A stretch of 64,000 bases of DNA from Eledone cirrhosa. Its lineage: Eukaryota. Below are positions 34,692 to 46,402 of this stretch, one piece after another (positions within the stretch are counted from its first letter, which is position 1; each line of letters begins with the position of its first letter). The notes under the pieces were generated by a model. It was not told the DNA's origin and did not search any database. It saw only the letters and a program-made list of their open reading frames with translations. The position numbers and the translations under genes are program-made. Location: NCBI GenBank assembly GCA_964016885.1, contig CAXHJY010001288.1, positions 1-64,000 on the forward strand, given 5' to 3'.

Positions 34692-34751
34692 AATATCGAG
34701 AAGAAGCCAGACTGTGAAAAGAAAGATGAGAAAAAAGATGTACAAAATATG
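34692..34751 (+). CDS. PDXDC1: Probable PDXDC1 charged insert exon (NIEKKPDCEKKDEKKDVQNM)
   Basis: Pyrimidine tract with gaag| acceptor, strong |gtaagt donor, purine-rich 60-nt phase 0/0 open exon. No recalled vertebrate counterpart. Confidence 0.65.
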
Positions 34752-34849
34752 GTAAGTCTACTTTTATCAATTTGATAAATGAAGCAGATGTCTTTGAAGA
34801 AGAGGGGGATAAATATTTGAACCAGTCTAAACTGGATTACTGATATCCA

Positions 34850-35193
34850 GGTAAGAGAGGTAAGAAGTGGTAGAGACGGTTCTCAAACATTATATTGAGC
34901 TTCTCTACTGTACCATAGGTTTCAAACTTCTTCACCCAGTTTTTATATTGCCTTTGAAGGGAGATTTTTCCGTTCCAAAATAAATGTATGATATTTCTCC
35001 TGAATCTGCTTGTACGAGCCACATTTATAGTAGTGTTCCACACAGAAAATATGGTGCTTGGGCTCCCATTGGGGTCTTGTTTTCTCAGATGTTATATCTT
35101 CCCTGACCTGAAATTTAATGTTGATCAGTAAGAAAATAAATATATAGTGACACAAAATGTGCACAGGGCCAATTGTTTTTGAGTCACCCTGTA
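34850..35193 (-). mobile_element. 5' end of a Tc1/mariner-like element (TIR + degraded HTH region)
   Basis: TA-CAGGGTGACTCAAAA terminus on - strand and EHYYKCGSYKQIQEK...PSK...WVKKFETYGTV N-terminal pattern. Confidence 0.65.
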
Positions 35194-36110
35194 TGAATGT
35201 AGTTCACATACAACTTTTTAAAAAGAACATTAGCATTTAAACCGGCCGTATCTGGCCAGAATTCTCTCACCTTTTGCTGTTCAAACTGGCCGTAACTTGC
35301 CACTCATACTGATGTTAAGGTATTTTCAAAATAAATAATATCAAAATCTTGAATATTTGATATTATGTGAGATAAAGCCTTTGTCACAAAAATATAATAG
35401 TAAATATAAAGTAATGTAAATGCTAAAAGGTTAACAGCATTGATATCACCAGACTTCTGAGGTTCCAAGGAGACCATGGGCTGAGCTCATTTCTCCAGGC
35501 AAAACCTTTCAGACTGAAATTTGAATAAATAGCATAAAGTTGGCATGGAAATGGTTTGATGGATTTCTCCCTCTTTGAATTTTTAACACTTTGTCACCTG
35601 GCTGACAGCATTATCAAACCAACTATTGACTGTCTTCATATGTGTTCCAATTGATTGATAAATAAAGCAGCCTGCTCACAAAATTAAATTGTGTACCCTT
35701 AATGTAATTCTCAGTGAGATTCAGCATGACACTGTGTTACAAGGTCCCTTTGAATTACAAGTATAACTCAATCTTGCCAGAAAAATAAAGTGTCTTGCTC
35801 AAGGACACAATGTGCCACCAGGTATCAAACTCATGACATAATGATTGTGAGCCAAACACCCTAACCAGCCATGTCCACTTGTAAATATGGCTATTTCTTT
35901 CTCTGGTTGATAGCCTAAATATTTGATATGTCCTTGACTTTCATTCACTATACATGTTCTGAGATGTCCTTCATCATCGTTTACCATCCATCTTCCACGC
36001 TAGTAGGGGTAGGATGGGCTGTCCCTTTGTCAGGGATCAGGTCAGGGGACCGTGATTCGCTCACACATCTAACAACAAAAATCAACTAAATTCTTCTCTT
36101 TTAATTTCAG

Positions 36111-36174
36111 ATTGATTTTAACTGCAATCCTGTCACCCTGCTCTTCAGGTATTCTGTAATAGAATCAGAGGCAG
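36111..36174 (+). CDS. PDXDC1: PDXDC1 exon (IDFNCNPVTLLFRYSVIESEA+G)
   Basis: tttcag| acceptor and |gtgagt donor. PV...FRY motif matches recalled SPVVVFRF. Confidence 0.85.
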
Positions 36175-36919
36175 GTGAGTGTAAGATTTATTTTTATAAA
36201 TTAGCATCAAATTGAATGTTTGTCTGATCAGTATTATTTGTGAGATATTGGTTAGTTTTTTAGTGTATTTATGTTTTTTACTGGTCTGTCAGGGCCTCCT
36301 TGACTAGTATGAGGAAAGGAGGTGTCCTCTGTACATGTAGGAGGGAGGTATTCTCTGTACTGGTAGGGGAGAGGGGGAACTATCCTCAAATCAGTGTCCT
36401 GGGTTGAATACTTACAATAAAGTGGACTCTGCTATAAACAGTTTGACCTCAGAGGGATTTGAACTCAGAATGCAAAATGCCAGAACAAATACTACAAGGT
36501 GTTCTAATGCTCTAATGGTTCTTTCAATTTGTCACCATATTTAGCAGAATCATCAGACAGTTTGTATAATATTTCCATAGTATAGTCTAAACTTGAAAAA
36601 TTTTCATAAGCTTGCAAATCATCGTTATCTTATCTACTTATGTTACTGCACTTTGCAGAATGCACTGAGTGCTTATTATCCTGGCATCAGCATTATGCAG
36701 GTTGTCATATCTTTGACACAGCTGAACAGTCCTCTCGACTCTTTGTTTGGTAAGTTTTCTATGGCTGGATGGCATTCCTATCACCAACCACTTTACACAG
36801 TGTACTTGGGTAGACTCCTATGTCACCAACACTAACTCCTATGTCATGAACAGTAGAGAGACTGTTGTACCCTTGATACAATTAGAGAGTCCTCTCATCC
36901 TTATTTTTTTTTTGTATGG

Positions 36920-37128
36920 GGTGGGGACAGGGTTTCTACAGCTGGGTGCCCCTCCTATCACCAGTCCTTGTGTGGGAGGTCAGGGTTTCTACAGATGGTT
37001 GCCTTTTTTATCACCAGTCTTTGTGTGGGGGGAGTCGGGTTTCTACAGCTGGGTGCTCTTCTTATCACCAGTCCTTAGGTGGGGGTTAGGGTTTCTACAG
37101 CTGGGTGCCCTTCCTATCACCAGTCCTT
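36920..37128. repeat. About 42-bp tandem repeat x4-5 (gggtttctacagctgggtgcccttcctatcaccagtcctt...)
   Basis: Directly visible. The unit derives from the common SINE/RTE tail motif ttctacagctggatgcccttcctaacacca. Confidence 0.85.
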
Positions 37129-37253
37129 CACCTGTATATATTTATCTGTTACTTTCTTTCTACCAATCAAAATAATATTGAAAAACATTTCATTTTAGCC
37201 CAAAAAAATAAATATGGATTTATTGATTTAGTTATTGAACAATTACATTGCAG

Positions 37254-37345
37254 AAAAGGAAAAAACTCCTTATGTGATCAAAAGTTCTGAAGAATCAAGT
37301 GAGCAAGAGAAAGAATTAGCCTATTATGACGCCCTAAATACTTGG
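37254..37345 (+). CDS. PDXDC1: PDXDC1 exon (EKEKTPYVIKSSEESSEQEKELAYYDALNTW)
   Basis: ttgcag| acceptor and |gtaaat donor. DALNxW motif. Phase 1 in, phase 0 out, consistent with neighbours. Confidence 0.88.
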
Positions 37346-38909
37346 GTAAATATATTTTCAATATTAGTATTTAAAAATTTTTTTTACACGCACCTTCTCC
37401 TGTCAATGCATCCTTAGTCTTATCAAGGACACATTGAACACCCTAGTGTTGTAATGAGTTAGTACTGGTGCAATGATATAAAATACCCAGTTCACCCTGT
37501 AAGGTGGTAGTGCTGGTGTCATGATAAAAAACACCTTGTTCACTCTGTAAGGTGGTAGTGCTGCTGCTACAATAAAAAGCACCAGTCTACCTTGCAATGA
37601 GTTAGTGCTGGTGCCACAATGTAGTGTTTGAGAAGACTCTTCTGTTTGGTTGAGCATGGGTCAACCTCTAGTGCTGATGCCCCCAATAGAATGCATCAAG
37701 CCCTCTATGTGTTGCTGCTATGACAAAAAGTACCCAGTTCACTCTGAAAGGTAGTTGCGCTGGAGTCATGATAAAATGCTCCCGGTACATGTTCTTAAGT
37801 AGTTGGCATTAGGAAGGGCATTCAGCCATAAAAACCAAGTAAAAAATGGAACATATGAGCAAGGCATAGTCACCTGACCAGTCTACCCTCAATATGTGAT
37901 GGCCTGTCAAACTCAACCATGGAAAATAGAAATTAAACTGGTGGAAGTGTTGATGGGGGTGGCAATGGCAGAGGCCATCACCATACCCATCCTCATTATC
38001 TTTAGCTTTTGTGGTCAATAAAATAAAATACCATCCAAATACTGAGGTCGATTTAATCGACTTTCCCCTATCACTAAATTGCTGGTCTTGTGACTAAATT
38101 AGAAATTATATTTGTGAATTATTTGTATTTAAATACGAGTGAGAAAATTAAATTTATTTACAACTTATTCTTTATTGAATAAGCTGAAAAAGACCAAGAA
38201 ATATGTTTTCAGCATATTGCAGAGAAATAAGGAAGGATGTATAGTCAAGAAGTTCAATTTGAAATCACATAATTGCAGATTTGATTCTGCTGTGAACCAC
38301 CTTGAGCATGTGTCTTTAACTATAGCCTTGGGTTGACCAATACCGTATGACGAGAATTCATTTGATGGAAACTGTATAGCTGTCTATGTGTGTGTTTGAC
38401 ACAACACTGTCATTTAAAAAAATCAATTAGATGTCAAAAATATGGCTTAACTACACGATAAATATGCACGAGATTGAAATATCAACTGGGCTGCAGTCTA
38501 CTGACAGAGACCAACAAAAAGAATAAATAATTATTTATAATTCATAAATTAGATATTATAGGGTTAATAAATTTTACCTTAGTGTTGCATGAGTAATCTC
38601 CCTGGATTCTAAAATTTTTTTTTTACATGCAAAACACAATCACTCTATCACTTTTTCTCTCCTACGCCTTCCCTCCTCTCTCACCCCCCTCTCTCTTTCT
38701 CTTACACACATACAATATAACAGTTCTTGAAAATAATTATTGGGCTTTGACAGCAGTCTTTAAGGGCTTTTAAAATACCACATTATTTGCTTAAGGCATG
38801 CCATGGCATGTCAGAGCTTTTGCTTAATTTTCTTCTGGACATTCTCTCCAGAGACATTGCTATCAGTTCTTTGAGTACATTTTCATGAATTTAGTTAAAG
38901 ACACATAAG

Positions 38910-39979
38910 TCATGAAAGAAGAGATTTATTTGAGAAAAATTGGCATGAATAATTTTGAGACTCTTCTTGACAGAGTCCACCATTAGCATTGATGGCTGCT
39001 TCAATATGAGGTCTAAAATGCTGGCATGCCCAAATCAGATGATCTTTATCTATTTTGGACATTATGCTAGTTATGGCGGACTTCAGAGAATTTATAGGGT
39101 GTTGATTGACTTCTCTCTGGACTACGTCCCATACATAGTAGTCCAACGGATTTAGGTCTGGAGAGCTAGGTGGCCATTTGCTTGGGGTAACATGATCATG
39201 GAGATTGTGATTCATCCATTCTGGGGTTGTCTTGGCCTTATGAAATGGCACACAGTCTTGTTGGTAGGGGTACTGTTTTCTTTTGCTCACACTCTATACA
39301 AGACCTCATAATCCTCTTCAACACCTTATAGTCAGCAGCATTGACCCTTAAGCCCTGAGGAACGAGGTGAGGTGGTGTGACATCTGCCTCATTGATCACA
39401 AATTCCAGAACCATCACAGTTGTTCGAAACTTTGTGTTCATTAGGGTCTCTGCATAACCATCAGTTATTCCTTCGGGTGACGTTTTGTCCCCGATCAAAG
39501 TTTCTCTCATCAGAGAAAAACCAAAGCATTCCAGATTCTTGATGTTTCAACTTGCTCAAAAAGCACTTTGTGTGGATCAGACTGTTACCATTTGTTTTTG
39601 GCAGACATAAATTGGCCTCTCCACATCACATATGATCTCTATCAAAGGTCCTCATGCACAATTCTTCCAATAGTGTGCCTTGACACCTTAAGTTCCTTAG
39701 CAATGATGCTAATTCACTTTCTGGTGTTCCTATAGATAATTTTCTGCACCTTTCATACAAATTCAGGTGTTCTGATGATATTAGGACCCTTAGCAGACAT
39801 TTTATATTTGGCTACTGCTGTTGAATCCCCATCAATGTCTTCCAGCTCCTTGCAAACTTTGATAATACAGACCATGCAACTTTCAGGAAGTGAGCGATCT
39901 CTAAATCACTATGGTCTGCCTTTAAGGCAACGATTACAGTGTGTCTTGTCATTTGCTGAGCTAGCTTGATGTCTGTCAT
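38910..39979 (-). pseudogene. Degraded Tc1/mariner transposase
   Basis: FFSDE motif region, YQQD..P.H and WPPSSPDLNPLDYYVW motifs, with multiple frameshifts and stops. Confidence 0.85.
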
Positions 39980-40497
39980 CATTTATCTGAAAAGAAATGA
40001 TAATCAGAACAAGTTAGAAAAAAGTTTGAGCTATTAAAAGACATATCCTCAAACCACTGAACAGCCTTGTTCTAACTTCACTTATCTAGCAGAGGAAAAA
40101 GGAAGTTATGATGTTCACATACAGTTCTGTGATATAACAATGATATATAAGAACAATTTCTTCATATAATTTATGTATGTATCCTGTCTTTTTCTCTTTT
40201 TTTCGAGTAGTTACTTAGTATCCAGCCATGTCGTAAGAGGCGACTAAAGGGCATCGTGTCATAAAAACACTCTCAAAACGTCTCGTCCAAGTCAGGAAAG
40301 TAGGGAAAAGCAGGCATAAAAACAACGATGATGACCATGACATGGCTTTCTGCACGAAGCTGCCTTATATTGAAAGCTAATATAAAATTATCCTTGAGTT
40401 ATCTCCCTTAGTAATCGCTATTTGATATCGTCACCGTTTAACGTCAATTTTCCATACTTGCATGGAAATATAAATATAAATATTTTCTTATATAATA

Positions 40498-40855
40498 CTA
40501 GCAGAATGGCCCGGCGTTGCTCGGGATTTGCTCTAGGGTTCTTATATATTTGATATATATTTATCCTTATCGAGCCTCGTGAAATAAATACGTTTGTTTA
40601 TATTTTGTTATTGTGTATGCAAAAATATCTGTACACGAATATATAATTATATATATATATATATATACATATATAACAGTACAGAGAAGTACGGAATACC
40701 TCGGCCTCAGGATGGTGTCTACATTTTGAGCTTATAAAAAAAATTCATCGTAGATTACCAGGAGTTTTTTTCCGTGTGAAGAAAATCAATATTTTATCGC
40801 GAAATAAATACTTTTGTTTATATTTCGTTATCAAAAATATCTGTACACGAATATA

Positions 40856-40903
<48 letters not shown>

Positions 40904-41379
40904 TAACAGATTAAAGTTTAAGCAAAGAATCTCTGCTTTCATCCTTAACGGGATCTTATGAAACTAAAATAAAAAAATCAATCTGTGAACACAGAAGTAA
41001 ATATTTCGAAAAACGTTACACACTATATATATATATATACACACACGCACTATATATACATATGCGCACACACACACACACACTCATACAGCTACGTCAT
41101 AATGTCATAATGCAGACAGCCGATCATACAGATAGACATTATAAGGGCGCAACGTTATATCTATGTATCTATCTAAAAGGAGAAAGACTAAGAGAGAGAG
41201 AGAGAGATGGCTAAATCGCTTAATGTGGTCCCTAGGGCATAGAAAATTTGAAATTTTTTTGCTCAAAACACTCACATGACCATAAGTATTACATGTGTAA
41301 AGTTTGAAAACAATCGGTTGGTTGGTTCTCGAGTTTTAGTGACTGGATAGACAGACATTCTCTGTTTTAGATATATAGA
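40498..41379 (-). mobile_element. Non-autonomous Helitron (about 880 bp)
   Basis: On the - strand it starts A|TC and ends with the GC hairpin CCCGAGC-AAC-GCCGGG followed by CTAG|T. No TSD. Internal (TA)n/(CA)n and a duplicated block (40578-40660 vs 40799-40870). Confidence 0.82.
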
Positions 41380-42600
41380 TATCTGAAAATTAACCAAGTA
41401 ACACATTTTACTTCAATATTGAAATGATTCTACTTAATTGTCTTACTCATTTTCATTAAAAAGTTTTCCTGTATCTGCTTCTTATTCCCTTATCATTTCT
41501 TACTCCCCCTAAACTAAATCATTTTCTCATCCCTCAACAAGCTTATGTTAAATTCCAAACTTCTATGATTGAATAGTTCCTTCATGTCTCTTTTCTCTAT
41601 ACTGGCATGGTGCCACGATAAAACACATTGGTGATTGGAAAGACACCTAGCCATAGAAAACTTGCCCAAATAAAAGGTTGAGATGACTCTTTGGTTGTGT
41701 CAAAGACAAGACAAATTTACTTTTATTGGTGACACAATAAAACACACCCAGTACATTCTGTAGAGAATGGAAATGTATGTGAGAAAGATGTTCCTGCTCT
41801 CTCGCCCATCTGAGGGGTCAGTGGCTCTAGCTAAGCAGTGACTTAGTCTATGACAAACTGTCAAACCCATGCTAGCAGGGTAAATGGTCATTATACGATG
41901 ATGATGATGATTATGATAACATGTGATGTGTAAGATAGTTCTGCATGTTTATCATCATCATTTAATGTCTGTTTTATCTTCTAACAAGTGTTGAACTCTA
42001 TGTAATTTATTGTTGCAATGTTTAGGAACTGATGTCAAACTGGGAGTTGTGTTTGGCTCTTCATACATTTGTTATTCCATAAATGAAAGTCTTATCTAAT
42101 TTACAGTCATTAAAACGTCAGATAGAATGCTTTGCAGTATTTGTTATGGCTCTCTGCATTCTGAGTTCAAATCCTGCAAAGCTCAACTTTACCTTTCATC
42201 CTTTCACAGTCAATAAAAAAAAGTACCTCTCCAGTCCAGTACTGTGATTGATTCTTCTTCTTTAGCTCTTTCTCACTTCTTTTCTATCACACTGTCTCTC
42301 TTTCTTTGAAAGAAATTGGTTGTGTTCACACCTGAAGAGGGAATGGGTTCCACTGGATTTAAAATGCTCAAGAAATACCGTATGTCACTACAATACCCCC
42401 ATGACTCAATAAGGATTTATTAGTAAACGTAAGGAAACTGAGATCAGTAGAGTGGTGTACTTTTCCTCCTAATAGCAGAATAACTTGTTAACCTCACAAA
42501 CAATCACTAGACAAGCCTTCAAGTTATTTTTAGGTTTTGTAGAATGTTTGAATTATCATTCCTTATATAAACCTCATATTTGCTATCTATTATTTTCCAG

Positions 42601-42703
42601 CTGGCTGATTTATTATCCAGAGAACATCCACAGCTTGCTATTACAGCTGCTTTTGTTGACAAAGGAGTTTGTCTTCGGTTCTCACCTGTAGAAACTGCAC
42701 AAG
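42601..42703 (+). CDS. PDXDC1: PDXDC1 exon (LADLLSREHPQLAITAAFVDKGVCLRFSPVETAQ+G)
   Basis: ttttccag| acceptor and |gtcagt donor. GxCLRFSP motif. Confidence 0.92.
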
Positions 42704-42760
42704 GTCAGTTATCTTCTTTTTTATTGCTGTAATTAAACAGAATCTCATTAGAAGCTTCAG

Positions 42761-42920
42761 TATCTAGCCTTACCTTTTGAAATTATCATATATTAGCTGA
42801 TCTGTGATACTCTATCTAGCCATACCTTCTGAAATTATCATATATTAGCTGGCCTGTGATACTCTATCTAGCCATACCTTCTGAAATTATCATATATTAG
42901 CTGGCCTGTGATACTCTATC
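42761..42920. repeat. 52-bp tandem repeat x3
   Basis: tatctagccataccttctgaaattatcatatattagctggcctgtgatactc repeated with 52-bp period. Confidence 0.92.
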
Positions 42921-44185
42921 ATGGTCTGTGTAGGGTAGCATTCTCTGATTTTTCCTTTTCTTTTAATGCCAAGTAAATTGTATAAAACTTATACTGTGAT
43001 TGTTCTTGAAATCTGTGGATGTAGGCCTTATAGTATGGTTGGTTGCTAAATCTCAAGCAGTCATATTGTTGAGAGTTAGATAGCTGGATTATACTGTTAC
43101 ATGTTTGATCTAATTTTGCCTGCAGTGGCAATGGACAGATCATCATAGAAAAAAGTCTCTCTCATGGCTTCACCATAGTGGATGCCATTGCTGGAACACA
43201 CATGACCAAGCAAATTGAATTATCTAAAGAAAGAACAAAAAGTATTTCAGAGTTATTTGTTAGTGTAAACTGGTATACTGACAGCAATCAGACATCTCTT
43301 AATATAGTATATTTACAGAGTTTTTAGCAGCTAGATATTGATCTTCTGTTATCTGTCATCCAGTTCAATAGCTGCTTTTTATAATGAGTAAGAAAACACT
43401 GGTATTGACATGTCCAATTTGGCAAGATTCAGTAATGAAATGCTGGTATCGACATGTTAACAAGCTTAATACTTTGAGCATCTACACTGTTCTCTTATTC
43501 TGACAGATTAACCTTGATCTCTAGCTTTCATGTTAAAATACCTCATCATTTAGTTGAAGACTGTTCTTGGTGATCTTGTACATTAATTGTCTATAAGATC
43601 TTCATATATCTACTCAGGATTATAGGAGCATCTGAAATGAGTGCATCAGGCTAACAATATATTTGTTGTTTATATTTGTAGTCCCTCTGCTTACTACGTA
43701 GCTGTCATATTATCACATGATATTGGTGTAGTTAGATGGAGCAAGCTATTGAAAGTTCAATATTTAGTGCAGTGTCAATGGTAGTGCTCCCTCTGCTTAT
43801 TACATAGCTGTCATATTGTCACATGTTACTGGTGTACAGTTATATGGAACAAGCCATTTACAACTCGGTGGCTATTGCATAAAGCCAGTGACTGGATAGA
43901 AACAATTGATCCTTAAGCATTTAAACCAGCTGTATACTGCCAGAATTCTCTCACCTCTTTCTGTTCAAACTGACCATAACCGGCTTCTCATACTAATATT
44001 AAGGTATTGTTCTCAAAATAAAAAAATATAAAAAATTTGTAGATTCTATATTATGTGAAGTAAAACCTTTACTGCAAAAGTACAATAGTGTATATAAAGA
44101 GTAATGTAAATGCTAAAGGGTTAAGTTTGAATTCTCCAAGCTTATGTCTGAATTTGTTGATATTCTTATGGTTCTTGTTTTTCAG

Positions 44186-44244
44186 TGTCAGGAGCAACTG
44201 AGGAAGCTGTTGAAGACTTCATTTTGTCCCTTCAATCACAGACT
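44186..44244 (+). CDS. PDXDC1: PDXDC1 exon (VSGATEEAVEDFILSLQSQT)
   Basis: ttttcag| acceptor and |gtaagt donor, phase-compatible. Aligns with recalled VLGTRGEDVDQLVACIESKL. Confidence 0.87.
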
Positions 44245-45657
44245 GTAAGTTCAATCAATTATTTCTTTTGCTCTACATACATCTCCGAATATTTGTATGT
44301 GCTAAATAGATTTTTAAAAATTAGTGAATCAGACACGGATGTCCTCTCAGATTGTTGAAATTGGTTTAGATGATGTTTAGTTCTCTAGGTTGTTTTCAAT
44401 AAAAATATGGGTAGGGTAGGGAGAAAATTATACAGGGTTGCAGCTCGAGGGGAAAACAGTTGGGAAGTTCTGAGATTATTGGGTGGGTGAAAATCGGTTA
44501 CAATATTTGGTGGGTGAAACACTGTGTAGTGGTTGGTGTTAGGAAGGGCATCCAGCTTTAGAAACCATGTCGAGTTGGAAAGTATAAGCAAGATGTGACA
44601 ATCTTACCTGTCTAGTCTCAGAACATGACAACCTTTCCAGCCCGTGTCAGAATGGAACACAGTCGTGAAACAGTGGTGATGATGATGATGATGATGAAGC
44701 AAAAATAGTGCTGTAATGCTTCTGCTAATAAACTGCCCACATATGAATTACATTGACTATAAGATTAAAGAACTAGACTATTGTTATTTTTGTCATAGAT
44801 TCAAGTGTTACTGTTACATTGTGTTGTGCCTGAGAGCAAACTCTACTTGCCTCAGCCTGCCTGGCTGACAAACAGTTTAAAAGGAATGCAAAAAAAAAAA
44901 AATATATATATATATATATAATTACTATGTAATTTGCTTCAATTTTCATATAATTCATTTTGTGAACTGATGTGTTTAGTATTAAGAAGAGTACTCTAAC
45001 CAATATGCCATGTGACTATATATATATATACATATATGAGAGAGAGAGACACGGTCACCTGATCAATCTTGCCTCAAGTGGGACAATCCCTGTCTAACCC
45101 ATACTAGCGTGGAAGATAGACGTGCAAATGTATTTTTGAATTTTATGTTTTTCTTTTTGGTTCTGAAGATGAGGTCAAATCATAGTTCAGTTTTTATATC
45201 ATCCGTACCTATCGATTCTAAAATTGATTGATTTTATTTTTGTGGACCGAATTATGGTCCAGCTTCTGAAACAATTGTAAACCAATAAATATTTTTTCAA
45301 GAATTTTCTTGTGCATCTCTAATAATAATTTATATATATATGTGCATACAACAGGCTTCTTTATAGTTTCTGTCTACCAAATTCATGTCATTGAAAGGCC
45401 GGGAGCTATAATAGAAGACACTTATCCAATGTACCATGCAATGGGACTGAACCTGCAACCAGATGGTTCTGAAGCAAACTTCTTAACCACATATCCGTTC
45501 CTGCGTTTGTAATTATTGGTTTATAATCTGTTGACTGGAGGCAAAATGTGTTCCTTTTTGTAAAATAGATATTCTATTTTATATTGCCGTCTGATCTATT
45601 TGATTCTGTGTTCTTTCCTTAACTACTATATTTAAATGTGTCTCCTCTCAACTACAG

Positions 45658-45770
45658 GTCATCCTAGATGCTACTGTGTCACAGCGGAAACGGTTTCGGA
45701 ATATTGTTGCTAATTGTGAAAACCTAATGTTGATTGAAATGGAAGGCTATGCTGGTTTAGGTGCCATAAG
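45658..45770 (+). CDS. PDXDC1: PDXDC1 exon (VILDATVSQRKRFRNIVANCENLMLIEMEGYAGLGAI+AG), last exon visible in the window
   Basis: ctacag| acceptor and |gtattt donor. Matches recalled VLCCTLQLREEF...WSGIGVVR. No stop codon, so the gene continues beyond the satellite. Confidence 0.92.
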
Positions 45771-46402
45771 GTATTTTTTTTTCTAGAATTCCTTTCTTAA
45801 TTGGAGATATTGCGTTACCCAATCTTTTTTTTTACTATTTTTGGAAATTTCAATGAAACTTCCTGAAACCACCTGGAAATTTGCAATAAATCATATGTAA
45901 TTCCCATATTCATAAAATATCTAAATAGTTTTAAAGAGTTTATTTTATTTTTATTAGTAAGTGATCATTGGTATCATAATTATGTAGATAGATGGGAAGA
46001 GGCATTAAGTGCTAACTGCTGTCGATCAATATCTATTATATTGCTTTTGTAGGTCACTGGAGTCCATCATATGACCTAAAATTAAAGTAAATTGCCTGCA
46101 ATTATCAAAGCCTAATGCCCCACTGAGAAAGAACGATATTGAATTAATATTATTAATAAATTAAACATGGAATTTTTTTTTTGGTACCTTGGAGCCATGA
46201 CCTTATTTAATCATAGCTATGTAGGAGACAACATCAATAGAGTCACAGGTTGTCAAAGTAAGGTCACCAGGGAGCTATTTAACATTTAAGTTGTATTTTT
46301 GCACAAACGTGTTGTTCCATATGAAAAATGAAAAATTGTTAATTGACACAAGCATTCATGATTCTTATATTATTTTCACATAACTGTTTTGACAAGCAAT
46401 TA

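Noticed and set aside
45613-45623. Second U12 intron (CTTTCCTTAAC upstream of exon 45658)
   Set aside because: The donor at 44245 is GTAAGT (U2-type) and the motif is about 35 nt from the AG with a normal pyrimidine tract, so it is likely just a strong U2 branch point.
12278-45770. Calling the gene GAD/DDC/HDC or sphingosine-phosphate lyase
   Set aside because: HIEG, DALNxW, CLRFSP and GLGAIR motifs and exon-by-exon collinearity fit PDXDC1, not the canonical decarboxylases.
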